DNA from: Camelus ferus
Lineage: Eukaryota
Assembly (NCBI RefSeq): GCF_009834535.1
Contig: NC_045696.1
Location: forward strand, 117,926,001 to 117,990,000
Direction of reading: 5' to 3'
DNA length: 64,000 nucleotides
Shown here: positions 38,364 to 51,796 of the stretch, one piece after another
Layout of the letters: every line of letters starts with the position of its first letter
Numbering within the stretch: the first letter of the stretch is position 1
Made by a program: the position numbers and the translations under genes
The notes under the pieces: model-generated
What the model was told of the DNA's origin: nothing
Databases searched by the model: none
Seen by the model: only the letters and a program-made list of their open reading frames with translations

Positions 38364-38425
38364 CACCTGCATAATTTAATAATTATTATATCAATATTTA
38401 ATTACTCTCCACCTGCATAATTTAA
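38364..38425 (+). repeat. Perfect 16-bp direct repeat flanking a 30-bp AT-rich spacer
   Basis: cacctgcataatttaa at 38364-38379 and 38410-38425. Confidence 0.9.
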
Positions 38426-38814
38426 ATCAATTTTTTTTTTTTTTTGCTTGTTTTCTCCATTTGGAGCTCGGGGTGTCTGAAGCAGGTGCTGAATGTGGTG
38501 CTTTCTGGACGATTCCCTCTATAGCATTAATGAGACCTCATTGCCTGGAAGCAGAAGAGATGCATGGTGTTTGGGTAATGAGTGTAGGTAATCCTGGTCT
38601 GGGAATGACCCTTCCAGTGGTCGAGTGTGACTTGCTCTCAACCTGCCCACAACCAGCTACAGCAAGGGCACCACTCCACTAACGACTTTCACTTCCTCAG
38701 TACCTTCTTACATTTTCTGTTCACTCCTTCAGCACCATTTTCTTCAGAAATCCACTAAAATCAGTACTCCTGCAAAAACTCCACTGCTACCAAATTCCTT
38801 CCTATTAGAGGAGT

Positions 38815-39020
38815 AATAACAGCAGATAATAATATGAGGGCAAATAGTGCCAGGCACTGTTAACACACATGATCCTCAGAACAACCCTGTGAGAATTCAC
38901 GCATCATTCCCATTTTACACATGAGAAAACGAGGTTTAGATGATAACTTGTCTGAGGTCACACAACTAGCAAATAGTGGAGCTGGGATTTGAACCTGACC
39001 CGGGTCCAGAGTTCACGTTG
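38815..39020 (-). mobile_element. MIR
   Basis: cccattttacacatgagaaaacgagg...taacttgtctgaggtcacacaactagcaaatagtggagctgggatttgaacc. Confidence 0.85.
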
Positions 39021-40490
39021 GCAACCACAAGGGAGGCTCTGCTGCCTCTAAAAGACTCCTCTATCCTCTTCAGAAAAAGCTGTACTTTGGCTAAAAGCAA
39101 CACCCTCCCCCTGAACGTGAGAGCAAGCTCTCCACTGAGTTCCACGAGCCACCTGCAACAGGAGCTGAGGTGTTCATTACACAGGTCAAATCCCGGTCCC
39201 CTCCCCAGCTCTGCTGAATCACAACCCCCGTGGTGGGGCCCAGGGGACCTGCATGATCAGCCATGATCAGCCTCAAGGCAAGCTGGTGCCCATCAAAACT
39301 TTAGAACCACAGAAGGGTCCCTGGGAACTTTCTACATTTTGTCGGTCATCACCTGGCACCATATTGTGTCTATGCGTCTTCGGTGTCTACAAACTCTTCT
39401 GCTGTTTGAAACCTTTCTACCAGACAAGCCTGGACCCACTTACTGGAAGCTCCAGTTGTAATAGGATTTAAAATATACCTTAAAATGCAATACCCAACAC
39501 TTGACCCCATGGCACTCAGAATAATCATGCCTCAAGATCTCAGAGGCTTTGCCCATTCTGAGTATTCTGGGGAGGAGCCACGGGCCGTGCTTGGCTGGTC
39601 TCAGCAGTTTGTGCAGAGTGTCAGGCTTTGGAAGGGGGAGAGAGGGGACAAAGACAAGCATGCATGTAGCCCACTCCATCGCGGGTTGGTGGGCTGCCCA
39701 CTGCCGGGGCACACCATCTCCAGCAGGTGCAGCCCTACCTCTCGGGGAGTCACCGACTCCAGGAAAGAATTCCTGTGTTTACAACGAAGTGGAGAAAAAA
39801 AATAAGGAGTCGCTTTTTCTTTTATAAAAATCATGGAATCTGGCTTATTCGAATCTGCAGGCCCACCTCTAACATCTGAAGCCCCCAGAACAAGAGTGGA
39901 AGCAGAGGCCCATGCACCAAATGTCCACATACTTAAGGGTCAGAAATCAGATGAACAAAATGTTACATCAAATATGTCTTACTTTCTTGCCTTAACAAAC
40001 GTATCTTCATCATGACCTGGAAAGCCATGCCAGGATTTAGATCCCCAGGCCCCCAGAGCTCTATGTGGATGGAGCATGGAGGAGGGGAATGAACCCTGGC
40101 CTTTGGATCCTGGCTAGGGCTCAGCCTCACCTGTCCTCACCCCTGGACTGTCTCAACTGTGAGGGGCCCGCATGCCCAGGTGTGTGCACACGAGCCTGCA
40201 GAGGTCTGTCCACGCTGCATAGAACCACCCCGTGGCCACCCTTCAGGACTGCAGGTGTGTACTTCAGTGAGATGGTCCCTCTTTGGGAAGAGAAACCCAG
40301 GGAAGAGGCCCACCAGGTCCTGGAAATTGGCGGAAAAATCCAAGACTCCCAAATCCAAATACCCAAAGGGTGGACTGGAAGGTGGGTCCTGGGGTCTGAG
40401 TGGGCACCCCACCTTCTACACCTTGCAGACCTCTTGAGCCCCATAGGGAGGGGCATGACCCAAACAGGCCCAGAGCAGGGCCTTCTAGAG

Positions 40491-40660
40491 CGGTGCTGCT
40501 TGAAGTGTGGTCCTGGACTGGCTGCATCGGCATCACGGGAGAGGCTGTTCCAGATGCAGACTCTCAGGCCCCATCACAAACTGCTGAGTCAGAAACACAG
40601 GACTCCGAGCGTGAACCCACCCTCTGAGGCACGCCGGAGTCTGAGACTCACGGCTCTGAG
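40491..40660 (+). mobile_element. MER5A-like MITE
   Basis: aagtgtggtcctggactggctgcatcggcatcac...atgcagactctcaggcccc...gctgagtcagaaac. Confidence 0.75.
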
Positions 40661-41423
40661 AAAGTACAGGGCTCAGCGCCACACCGCCCCGCCCCCTGCC
40701 CAGGTGTGAGGACAACGCTGCTTAGGTGTATGTTTTCTGTGTCTCCTTTGGGCTTTTGGCACAGGTTCCGCGTACATCTTTCCTGATTGCCTTCATCCTA
40801 CTGCACTTTCCTCTGAGTCCCCCTCACCCTCTCGCCCTCACCTCCACCTCCAGCTGTGCCCCACCCGTCAGCTCTAGGTAGCTCTCATTGCCCCACATTC
40901 TAACAATCTGGGTAGTTATTTTGCTCCCTTTTAAATTACAAAGCGCTGCCTTTTCATTTTGGGTGCCTATCCCAAGGGCCGCAGACCCCACCAACACTCA
41001 CTGATCGCAATCACAGAAAGAAGAGAGAAAGGGATATGGAAAGGAGAACAAAGAAAAGTGACTTGATCAAAAAGTGGCTTGGCTCCGCCCCAGAATCCTC
41101 TGTTGTCCTTCCCGATATCCCGGCTTGTGCAAAAAGGGTGAGCTCCCGGTGGGGCTGTGCCACGTTCAAGCCATGAAATTCACCAGGTTACCAGACCTCC
41201 ATGAACCTGTTCCCCAACTTTGAAAAAATAAGGTGTGGTGAGTCTGGACTTAGATGGTGTTTGATTACGAAAGAAGGGCTCAAAGAGGGCTAACTTCCTT
41301 CCTTAAGACTGAGAATCGTGGATGCCTGGTAAGAACAAGGCAGCACAGATCCATTTAGGAAGAGAGAGGAGCGGTTTCCCAGGGCACAAAAGCTATGAAT
41401 ACTGTGTCGCTGGGGGTCAGGTC

Positions 41424-41645
41424 CAGGGGCAGATTCAGATTTTTCAAGTCCTAAAGCTTGAACGATTTCGAGGGACTTGCTAAGAAAAAGACTATCTTCC
41501 TTTGGCAAATCTTACCAAAGACACAGCCATGTGAAGCCATTGCCAGGGCTCTCCCAGGGTCTTGGGGCGGGGGGTGGGGGGGGCACCTGTGCAGTTGAGA
41601 CTCTGAAACTTGGGCTTCATTAGCTCCATGATAAATCTATCTCTG
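41424..41645. mobile_element. hAT-Tip100-type non-autonomous element (Zaphod/Arthur/MER115-like)
   Basis: Inverted ends caggggcagatt / aatctatctctg; degenerate 8-bp TSD gtcaggtc / ggcaggtt. Confidence 0.65.
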
Positions 41646-44600
41646 GGCAGGTTCCAGGGCAAAGTTGGGAGATCTGAAGGGGGTAAATACATCTGGGTGT
41701 TCTGGACAGGACACCAATAAATAAAGTTCAAAGTGGTTCATATCCTTTTTGATCTCTCCTCTGGTCTGGCCTCAGTGGAGTTTTCTGTTTTTCTTTTAGA
41801 AGAGTCTCTGGATGAATCCTCTTTCCTTCACCTGTCTGCAGTCAGAGCACATCACCGCCCTCACTTATCATCTCCCTAAACCCCAAGGCAGTGCCCTTTC
41901 TTGGCTGCATCTAAATCAATTTGCCTCTATAAGATTCTGCTCAGACTTGTCCACGTGCCTGTGGCTGGGGACGTGGCTGGAAACCAGGAACCCCGTGTTC
42001 TGCTCCCCTACTGGTCAGGGACTCACTGATCCCCTCAGACACATTGCTGTGGGCCCTGCGTCCTCATTTCTTATCTGTAAAACAGGGTGACACACTGGGC
42101 ATTTCCCTAACACCCTCATCTCAGGAAGTCCCAGGAACTGACAGGGGATGAGAGATGGGTAAGGTCATGCCTTTTAAAGATTTGGCACTCTTGAGTGTAA
42201 ATGCAATGTTTAATTACAAGAAAGATGTATCTCAGGGCTGGGAGTTCATTTCTTCTTCTTTTTTTTTTTTCCAACAAAAGATTCTGAGAGCAAGTAAGCT
42301 GGAGCTTGCACGCACAGCACTCAGTGCTCACGGTACCAGAAATGTTTATCTAAGGAGAGCACACAGAAGTGTGGTTAGAACAAGGGAAGGAATAAAAGGA
42401 AAGTGAGATCATTATCAGATTTACTGACACTTAAAGGGAAAAAAGAAGAGACAGAGAGAGGGAGAGAGGGAGGAAGCCATTCTAACTAGGAGGAAACAGA
42501 AGAAAAACAGGGGCAAAAGTGTAAACTTGGAACACATTTTCAGAAATGGGCTCCCCTGCCTGCCCTGGCCTTGCCCTTTCTTTATTAATTCAAGGCAGGA
42601 TTCTGATATCCTCCAAAATGCACGACTTAAAGAAATTGAGCCCCAGGGAAGCAGGTTCACTCATGTGTCCCTCAGAGATGCGACTGGAAGCCCAATCTCT
42701 TGACACCCGCCAGAGAGGTCTTCCCACCGACACTACACTGACTTCACAGGAGAAATCAGCCTGAGAAAAATGCCTCCTGATGGGCCAACGTATCAACTTC
42801 AAGTACACGTGGTGCTGGTGTTATCTGAACGTTCAAGTGTGAGACCGTCAAGGTCTGCTTGCGATGAAATTCACTTGTTAGTAACAGCATGCCACGTACA
42901 AGCTGCTGGCCATTCACTCAACTCCAGAGCTTTGTGCTGGAGGTGAAATATCCTTAGGAGTGGGCAATCTTAATTGAGGAAATGAGCTCAGACACATCAA
43001 AAGCTGACAAACAACAGCGACAAGATTAATTCAGTGACGAAGGGTGTAGAGAGATGCTTTGGGAGTGGAGTTTGGGAGCGGAGCCATCCTGGAGGCTGCA
43101 GGAGGCGGGGCTGAATCTAGACTGAATTCCAAGGGAGGAAATGAGAATCCGTGGTCGGCATGGGAACTATAAGGGCAGGGACCTGGAGACAGGATCTGTA
43201 GGACACAGGGCCAGTGAGCTCACCAATCCAGCTAGATTGGAGACTCTGTGTCCAGAAAATAGTGTGCAAGTGCAGAAAGAGTTGGGGCCTGACTAGGGAA
43301 GGCAAAATTAAATTTGAGCAAAGGGGAAAGAGACTTTATCCTAGAGGTAAAAGGAACCACGGAGATTTTTGGTAAGGACCTGCTGAAAGTATTGGATTAA
43401 TCAGAGGCAGATTAATGTTTAGAGAGCTTTTCATTACGGAGTGATCTTGAAAGGGTTAAGTGTGTCCCCCTAACTCTCATTTGAATCATTCATTTAAGCA
43501 GAACTTTCTTGTTAGTTAGGGGAGAAGGAAACCTTCAGCACATCGCAAAGACCAAGAGTGCCATCCCCACTGCTGAGGAGATCAGGATTCATCTTCATTG
43601 AAAAGTTAGGGGATGTCCCGTTTGGAGGGGCTGCCCCCCCACCCCAAAATTCTTTTCGAGCAGTATTTGTGTCCAAGGGAGAAGCTAAAATTGTCCTGAC
43701 AGGAATGAAACGAGGGAACCGGAGTCAGAATTAGCACCACTCAAAGTCTGAGCCCGGCCTCCAGCCCCCAAACTCCCCAACCCTAACTGCCGCCTCCAGG
43801 CAGAGCCAAGAGGAAGTTCGCAGCCACAAGTGGCTGTTTGTTTGAGCCTGGCTGGCAGTTCCCCAGGGCTAGCCGCACTCCCTGCTCAACCACAACTGTC
43901 AGTTGAAAAGAGGGGGAAAGACACCTGGGGGGCTTCAACCTTAAAATAAAATCTGTGACCTCTTGTTAAAAAACCATCTTCTGCACAAGCTGCCTCTGAC
44001 TATGTCTTTATTAACTCTTTCCTTTGGACTTCTACACCACGGCAGCCAGAGAAGTAAATCCAAGAGTGGAATCTGTTTTCATGGAATATTTTATTTTTAT
44101 TATATGTTGTATGGGTATGTGTGTGTGTGTGCACAAAATTAAGGTACCCGGGATTTACATAGGAAAACTAAATGAAGTGCCAGTGAGCCTCTGCATCAGG
44201 GGAAAATATTGCTCAAGTTTAGTCTTTGAACAAGCCAAGACATTGCTTGTGTCTTTCCTCTGCCCAGTCCTGCTTTCTTCTTTGTCGCACAAGAATTGAT
44301 CCCAAGGGCACTCCCTCCCCAAATGTTCTGGGCCCCAACCTCCAACTCAGATGTGCGTCCAGGGAATCCAACCTGAGACCAGCTGGCACGTGGTGGGCGG
44401 TGGCATCATTGAGGGTGGGGTGGGCCCCTGGGACGAGAGTCCAGTTTCCGAGAGGTTCGGTCGTTCCTCCTCTGGAGCTCCCAGGACTTGTCGCCCCAGA
44501 AGTGAGCCTCATCCGTGCAATGAAAGCAACCAAGCCCGCCAGGTGGGAGGAGGAGTCCATGGAAGCTCATGGAAAGTGTGACTGGTGGTAACGCAAGGGA

Positions 44601-45044
44601 TGAGAGAGGCTTCTAGTGGCGTGAGTATCGTCCCCAACACCAGATTTTAAGTCAGGCAGCAACATGACTTAAGAAGCAGTAGGTATGAAGGATACATGTA
44701 ATAAATACTTAACAGAGCATACGGCACCAGAAACAAACATCCACACATCCAAACTGAAGTATAAAGAAGAAAAATGAATGTTGGGTTTTTTCCTACTGAA
44801 GGTATGAATTAGCATTCGCGTTTTTGCCACAAAGTGTACCACACACTCAAACTGAAACCTCCATGTTGGAAGGTGGCTGAATTGGCCTCAAATAATATCC
44901 AAGACGGGTTTTTGGTGACCCAGGTACAAGTTGATCCCATTCAATAGCGAAAGAAATCAGTTACACAAGACGGGTGTCTCAATAATGGTCCAATTTCAAC
45001 CATCTCTCAGTGGGCTTGTTACCTTCTGAGTCTCTGAGACACAA

Positions 45045-45815
45045 CAGAACTTCTGGTTACCTTCCTACTTAAAATAAACAAAACCTGGAAAAATATATGA
45101 AACACAGCTCTCAATACATTGGGGTTGGACAGGAGAAAACAAAGGACAGTGAGCCCTGAGAGACAAAAAACAAACGAGGTGAGCTCTCAGGTTGCCCCGG
45201 ATTACTGCCTGGAGAAAGTTTCTAGGCCATTGGTCAGGGAGAGAAACTCCAGGCAGTGCCCAGTGGTCTGCCCAAGTAGAGGAGACAGAACTGGAAGTCT
45301 AGGGACACCAGACAACCTGAAAGGAGAGCCCTGCACATAGAGAAAGCCCACGGACCTGCAAAGGGTCCCCCCTACCAAGTATACAGCTAAGGACTAACCA
45401 GTGCCTGTGTGTCAAGAGATTAGAGGAAACAGTGCCCAGGAGCCATGAAAAATTAACCCTACATACAGCTCTGGTACCACCTCACAAAGCTTAAGAGCCA
45501 TCCTCTAAGTGACTTAATCACATCTCAGAACAAAACTCGGAATTACAGAAATCACAAAAATATCCAGCACCCGACAAGATCATATTCACAATGGCTGGCA
45601 TCAAATTAAAAATTACCAAGCAGAGAAAGAAGCAGAAAATGCAGCCCACCTGGGTCCCCTGAAACTGACCCAGAACGACACAGATGATAGGATTAGTAGA
45701 CAGGGACATTAAGGCAGATAGGATAACCGCATTCCAGATGTTGGAGAAGCTAGAGGAAAGATTAAACATGTGAAGCTGAGACATGGAAGACAGCTAAAAA
45801 AGTCAAACTTCTGGA
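45045..45815 (+). mobile_element. Old L1M 5'-region (5'UTR/ORF1-proximal) fragment
   Basis: aaaggacagtgagccctgagagac...aaacgaggtgagc...attcacaatggctggcatcaaattaaaaattaccaagca...acagatgataggattagtagacagggacattaa. Confidence 0.65.
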
Positions 45816-46094
45816 AATGATGCCAGGTGGGCGGAAGAATGAGGTCTGCATGAAGAATCCTCCAAAGTTCTTGTGGGCTCTTCCCAGAGAAATGAAAAGC
45901 TCAGGCAGTGTTCCTCTCCTTCACCCTCCATCCCTGAGGAGAGACCTGCGGGGCTGCTATTCTCCCCCATTGAGCAAAGGGGGCTCGTCCAGCTTCCTAC
46001 AGAGGTTGGAGCTCAGGGTCCAACAGAACTGGGACAGCAGTTCTCTTCTTGTCCAGCAGGTGGCAACAGGCAGAGCAAGGGGTTAAGAGGCCAG

Positions 46095-46280
46095 GGAACA
46101 TGAGATCTGGTCCCTTCTGCCCTCCAAGTGGCTGTGTGTCTTTGGACAGTCTAGTTAACCTCTCCGAACCCCAGTTTCTTCATCTGTAAAGTAAGGATGA
46201 TAATGGTAATAATCCTCACTTTGTAAGATTCTTGTAACAGTTCACTTGCATTAAAAGCGTCTAAAAGTTCTTTGTAAAGT
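46095..46280 (+). mobile_element. MIR
   Basis: gttaacctctccgaaccccagtttcttcatctgtaaagtaaggatgataat. Confidence 0.75.
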
Positions 46281-46524
46281 CCGCATATTTGTGATTATTC
46301 TCACGTACCACAAAAGCCAAGAGGTAGGTACCAGCAGCTGTGGGAATATCACATGTTCTTCCTCAGTCCCCACCCCATGCCTAGGAATGTCTTAATCATC
46401 TTTGTTTTCTTAACTGCCATGCCTCTGACATTCCTCAGGGCTTCTTAGCTCCTAGTAAAGAACATGAGAGCAAGTGAGACATTATTTGAACAACTAACTA
46501 AGGAGGGGAGAAAAGGGTTGAAAG

Positions 46525-47045
46525 CTTGCTATTCTCATTCTCCATGTTGGGTAACAAACCACTCCAAACTCAATGGTGTGAAACAACAACCATTTTCCTA
46601 GACTCACTGATTCCACTGGGATCTGGACGTTGCCCCTCGGGAAGTTGTCGCCCAGCGGGAAGAGCTTGTTCCACCACTGTCTGAGCAGGTGTAGCTGCTA
46701 CAGGCACGAATCATCTGAAGGCTGCTTCTCTAATGTGTCTACACCTGAACTGGGATCGCTTGAAAGCTAGGCTCCACTGAGACCATCATCCGGAGCATCT
46801 TCATGGCCTTGGACTTCTCACAGCATGAGGGCTGCATTCCAAGAAGGATCATCCGGAAAGACATATCCTGAGAGGGAACATTGTAGGACAACCACATGAA
46901 AGGCATGGCCTTTATTTCCTAGCCTTTACCATCCACCATTGGTGGAAGCACGGAGAAGCCCACCCAGACTCAAAGGGAGGGGCATAGACCCCTTCTCAAT
47001 AGAAGAAATAGCAAGACACTTGGGGCCATGTTTTAGAAGAGCCAA
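46525..47045 (-). mobile_element. MaLR LTR (MLT1H/I-like)
   Basis: gtaacaaaccactccaaactcaatggtgtgaaacaacaaccattt...cttggacttctcacagcatg...cccacccagactcaagggagggg. Confidence 0.7.
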
Positions 47046-47380
47046 ACTCACCATCCAGGTCCTGCACAAGTAACATAAAAGCTTATGCAAGTTTCCAGGG
47101 CAAATGGTGGTCAATGGCACCATCTTTCCCTGGCTCAGTCTAGCCCAGTATAACTTTGTCTCCAACAATCCATCTCTCTGGATTATTTGGATCCTCATTT
47201 ACGTTAATCACTTTGCATTGTCACTGAGGATTGCAAGGGTGCTGTAGTGACAACCATGGAAATTGAGCCCAGCTTCTCAGAAGCACAGCACACAAACCCT
47301 TGCACAAAATTATTAAGGGGATGGAACCAATTGCAGAGTGGTCCTCTGAGCTTAATTCACATGAACCTAGGACATTAAAA

Positions 47381-47656
47381 AGAGAGAAGAGAGATAAGGA
47401 AGGAAGGAAGGAGGAAGGAAGGAGGAAGGAAGGAAGGAAGGAAGGAGGAAAAAAGAAAGAAAAAAAAGAAAGAAAGAAAGAAAGAAGAAAGAAAGAAAGA
47501 AGAAGAAAGAAAGAAAAGAAAGTGAAAGAAAGAAAGAAAGAAGAAAGAAGAAAAGAAAGAAAGAAAGAAAAAAGAAAGAAAGAAGAAAGAAAGAAAGAAT
47601 AGAAAGAAAGAAAGAAAGAAAGGAAAGAGAGAGAGAAAGAAAGAAAAGAAAGAAAG

Positions 47657-47688
<32 letters not shown>

Positions 47689-47724
47689 AAGAAAGAGAGA
47701 AAGAAAGAAAGAGAGAAAGAAAGA
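47381..47724 (+). repeat. Compound purine microsatellite (GGAA/GAAA/GA)n, ~340 bp
   Basis: Almost pure purine tract seen directly. Confidence 0.98.
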
Positions 47725-48699
47725 AGCTGATTTTTCCTGCAGCAAAATGAAAATCTCAGAAAATGTTAACAGCTAATGCATTGTATTAGACTCCCTACTC
47801 TTCAGGGGATACTCCAGAGAAAGTCAAAGTTAATAAAAGTGTGTATATAATAAGTAACATAAGTAGAAACAGGCCTGTTTCTACAGGTATTAGGTTTGAT
47901 AGTCTTCAAGTTTTACTTTTGAAGTTTTTTGGGTTAGGTAGACATTTATTAAAATAGTGGGAAAATGTAAATAATATCATATCTAAAAAAAAACTGGTTA
48001 AAATAAGTGATGATGTAGCCTTAAAAGAAAGACTTTGTGATCATTAAAATTGTTAAATAAATAGATAATTGACTTCTGCGAAATGTTTCCTAAAAAGAGT
48101 TCCCTAAAACACTAGTCCTGCAAGACGTTCATAGGCATTTCAGAGTCTCACCCCAGTGGTTAAATATGTGATGGAGACGCTCGGATTGCTTTCAGTTGTG
48201 AGTGACAATACACCTAATTCCATCTGGCTTAAGTCCTTAAGGGACTTACTTCTTTACAGAAAGAATGACAAGCCTGGTCTGAATCAGAAGGATTCTGGCT
48301 TAGTCTTCTTTGTAATATTGGGTGTGATGGGTCGCAAAGATATCCCAGAAAGTTGGCTCAAGGGCTTAGGGAAAGCTCTGCCCTCAGGAACACTCCAAAG
48401 TCGCCCCGAAAAGCTGAGCTCAAGCAATTGAGGGGGCTGGGATGACAGTGTGGGAAGCCCTGCTCATTCGGTTTCACCAAAAATATAGCCCTTGATTTGG
48501 AGCAAAAGGCAGAAGCACCAAAAGTGACAGCACTTGTGAAAAGAAGACAAAAGAAAAGAGGTGATTCTCTCCAGCCTGGTGGGAGAAGCAGCGCACAACT
48601 GCCTCTTTTAACAAAGAAGAATCAGTGACACCTTTCAGTATTTTATTTATACCTGAAGTGTGCATGCAGACCAGTGACTGAAAGGCAACCCAAGGTGGT

Positions 48700-48900
48700 G
48701 GTCGGAAGTGTGACCACTAGAACAAATCCATTTGAATTTAAATTCTGATTCTCTACTGACCAGCTGAGAGACCTTGGGCCATTACCTTGCTCCATCTAAG
48801 CTTTAGTATCCTCATCCGTAAGATGGGAAAAAAATAACGTGACCTCTCTGATAGGGATGCTGGCAATGTATGGAAACACTTAACATAATTTGTTGAAAAT
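48700..48900 (+). mobile_element. MIR
   Basis: tactgaccagctgagagaccttgggccattacctt...tcctcatccgtaagatggga. Confidence 0.7.
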
Positions 48901-49610
48901 GCATCCTTAAGTCTGCTTTTATTATTTTGTTTATTTTCCTATAGTTTATACTACCTTCATTTTGTAAAGATAGCATATGCGTATTATAGACAATTTGAAA
49001 ATTAGGGAAGTATATGCAGAAACCCAAAAGTCACCCAGAATCCCGCCCCTTGGATGCAATTTGTGTTAACATTTCAGTGTATTTCATTGAGTCTTTCTGG
49101 ATGCATCTGCTCTCTCTGAGATCTCACTGGCGGTATAATTTTTCAGGCTGTATTTTCCCCTTCTCATCACAGAATCTATATTTTCTACATAACTAAAAAT
49201 CCTTCCTGAACATTCCTTTGAATGGCTGTGTAATCTTCCACTGTACACTCTTACGACTCTTCACTAGAGAATAAAGGCTTCTCTAGAACAACAACAAAAA
49301 AGCTTCCGTTCTTTTCCCTGGGAGAGAGGAGGCTGGGAGTCACCTGCATTGCAGGGGCTGCGTGTGCTCAATACATGCTTCATACAATGACAGTAGCACA
49401 GGTTTTAAGGCATAAAAGCTTCATTAAAATATAACGCAGATCCTTAAGGAACATGGTTTTAGCCACCGGTCCAGTTTTCCAGATTTCCAAGTGTGTGAAT
49501 TCTTGCATAATCTCCTCAAGGGCATCCCAAGCCTGTGACTTTCACGAAGGAATGATTTCAATTTTCTGATTTTCATTTAAGTAGCTCCTGTCATTTCTAA
49601 TTCTGAACAG

Positions 49611-49638
49611 TGTTGTTGTTGTTGTTGTTGTTGTTGTT
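49611..49638 (+). repeat. (GTT)n microsatellite
   Basis: Seen directly. Confidence 0.95.
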
Positions 49639-51219
49639 TTTAGAAAATATAAGAAAGCATGGTGGTTGTGGTTAAAAATTGCCTTCCTGCCCATCACAAA
49701 TAAATCTATTTTCTCCTCTTTCTTCAGTGTTCTCAGACATCAGTGGGTAATTAAGGGAAGGTATTTATTAATAAGTATATGCATCCTCTGCTATCACCAG
49801 ACATACATGAACGAAGCTGGGAAGGAACAACACATGTATTTCTGCTCACACAGCACAGTCATTGGCAGGGCTGACTTTCCATTTCTACATTTTTACAATT
49901 GTACATTTTTAATTGCCTATCTTTGTTCTGGCCACTCTTGCCTAAATGTTTACTGCTCCGTGGAAGTGCTGGCTATGTTTGTTATTAAAGCTTCTTGAAC
50001 TCCGGGTTAGGGTATGTCTCCTTCCAGAGACCACCAAGACCAAACAGAAAAGGCTGTGCAATGCAAACAGTCCCTGAATTATGACACCTATTACTTTTTA
50101 TTAGTAGTAAAAACAAAAAGAAGCAAGGAACAATTCTATTCATGCTGAGCAGTTAGGACATAAATAATAGTAAAATGCTTGAAACTCTAAAACTACTTAC
50201 ACAATATTAATTTAATTCTAATAAAAAGTGGATTTAGGTATTGCCTCCATGATAGCAAATGTGGTGCAGCTTTGTTTTCATCCAATATTTATACCCAAAA
50301 AACATTTTGGTTTAGGAAATAAAGTAGTGATAAAAAATTACAGTCTTTGAATATTGGGCTTTGACTAGTCCCCTGCTGCCCTTTATTGTATGTTTCAGTA
50401 AAATACAGTACATCTTGCTGTTTTATTTCATTGTTTGTGGCCCGTGCAAAATCCTATTGTCCAGCTGCCCAGCATAAATGAACAACAAATCAGAAGAACC
50501 AGAGAGACACTTTAACTGATTAAACTGGGTCTGTAATTTTCCTTTTACTGCTAAATTATCACCTTATTGCAATTATTTTTACACATTGTGATTATTTTTA
50601 TACCTTGTGATTATTTCTGCAAAATGCAGGGGAGATGCTAGTCAGAGGGCATAGGCTGTTGACCTCCATCTTCAAATCTCAAGCCTGGTAAAGAATTCAG
50701 CTTTCATATTCTAAAATTATGTCTTTTTCATCCTAAAATTATTGAAATCAGCTGATTAGTGGAGCCTGAGTAACCAGGCCTCATAAAAACATTTTTTTTT
50801 TATTTTAACTCAAGTCTCATCACTTTACTTTTTTTGGTAAAAGCTATTTGGCTTAAGGAACTTTGCCATAATTTGAAGGAAAGTGATGTTCTTTTGTCAC
50901 AAAACCAAATAAAAGACAACATGAGGATACAATTCACATTTCACCCACAGAGTGATTCAGAGCTAAATAAATAGGCTACACAGTTCATGTGAGCAATTGC
51001 AGAAAATATTAGAGCGATCAAGATTGCAATATAAAAATTAATGCATGAAGACATTCTTGCCACGTTTAAGGACCCCTTGCAGAGGTACCTGATAAAGAAG
51101 AACCATACGCCATCTGAAAATGAAGGAAACATAATGTTTCAACCAAAATCAGAGATATTTCTTTATGAAGGCCGAGTATCAATAGACAAGATAGAAAACC
51201 AGAGCTGAAACATCTGAAG

Positions 51220-51290
51220 GCAGGAGTTATGCACTGCACAACCCTAGGGGGAGCCGTCCATGTAGATTGCAATGTGAATGATGCCTGGAT
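51220..51290. mobile_element. MER91-like palindromic hAT remnant carrying a CTCF-like motif
   Basis: tgcactgcacaaccctagggggagccgtccatgtagattgcaatgtgaatgatgcc matches MER91A tgcactgcacaactccagggggcgccattcacatagactacaatgtgaatggcgcc. Confidence 0.7.
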
Positions 51291-51391
51291 TCTGTCTCTT
51301 TAATTCTGTGCCTTCTATCCAGGAATGTATGCTTGTGAGAAAGTTCAAACAAAATTTACTTTTTTAGAGCCTAAGATAAAAGAGTGTTGCT

Positions 51392-51796
51392 CATGGGGAC
51401 CTAGAGATTATTTTACTAAGTGAAGTAAGTCAGACAGAGAAAGACAAATATATGGTATGACTTATAAGAGGAATCTAAAACAAAAGATACAAATTTACAA
51501 ACCAGAAATAGACTCAGGAACATAGAAAACAAAAACAATGGTCACCAAAGGGGAAAGGGGAGGGAGGGATAAATCAGGAGTTTGGGATTAGCAGATACAC
51601 ACTACTATGCATAAAACAGATAAACAACAAGGACCTAAGGTACAGTACAGGGAACTCTATTCAATTTCTTGTAATGGAAAAGAATCTGAAAAGAAAATAT
51701 ATATGTATGTATAACTGAATCGCTTTGCTGTACACCTGAAACTAACATTGTAAATCAATAAAAAGTAAAAATTTTTAGAAAGATAAAAAAAAAAAG
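51392..51796 (+). mobile_element. 5'-truncated young L1 3' end
   Basis: gacctagagattattttactaagtgaagtaagtcagacagagaaagac...; TSD aagagtgttgct at 51380-51391 and 51797-51808. Confidence 0.95.

Noticed and set aside
40065..40709. 214-aa ORF
   Set aside because: Runs through a MER5A element, with no protein similarity; a chance ORF in GC-rich sequence.
47221..47745. F/L/S-rich and K/E/R-rich ORFs
   Set aside because: Translation of the purine microsatellite.
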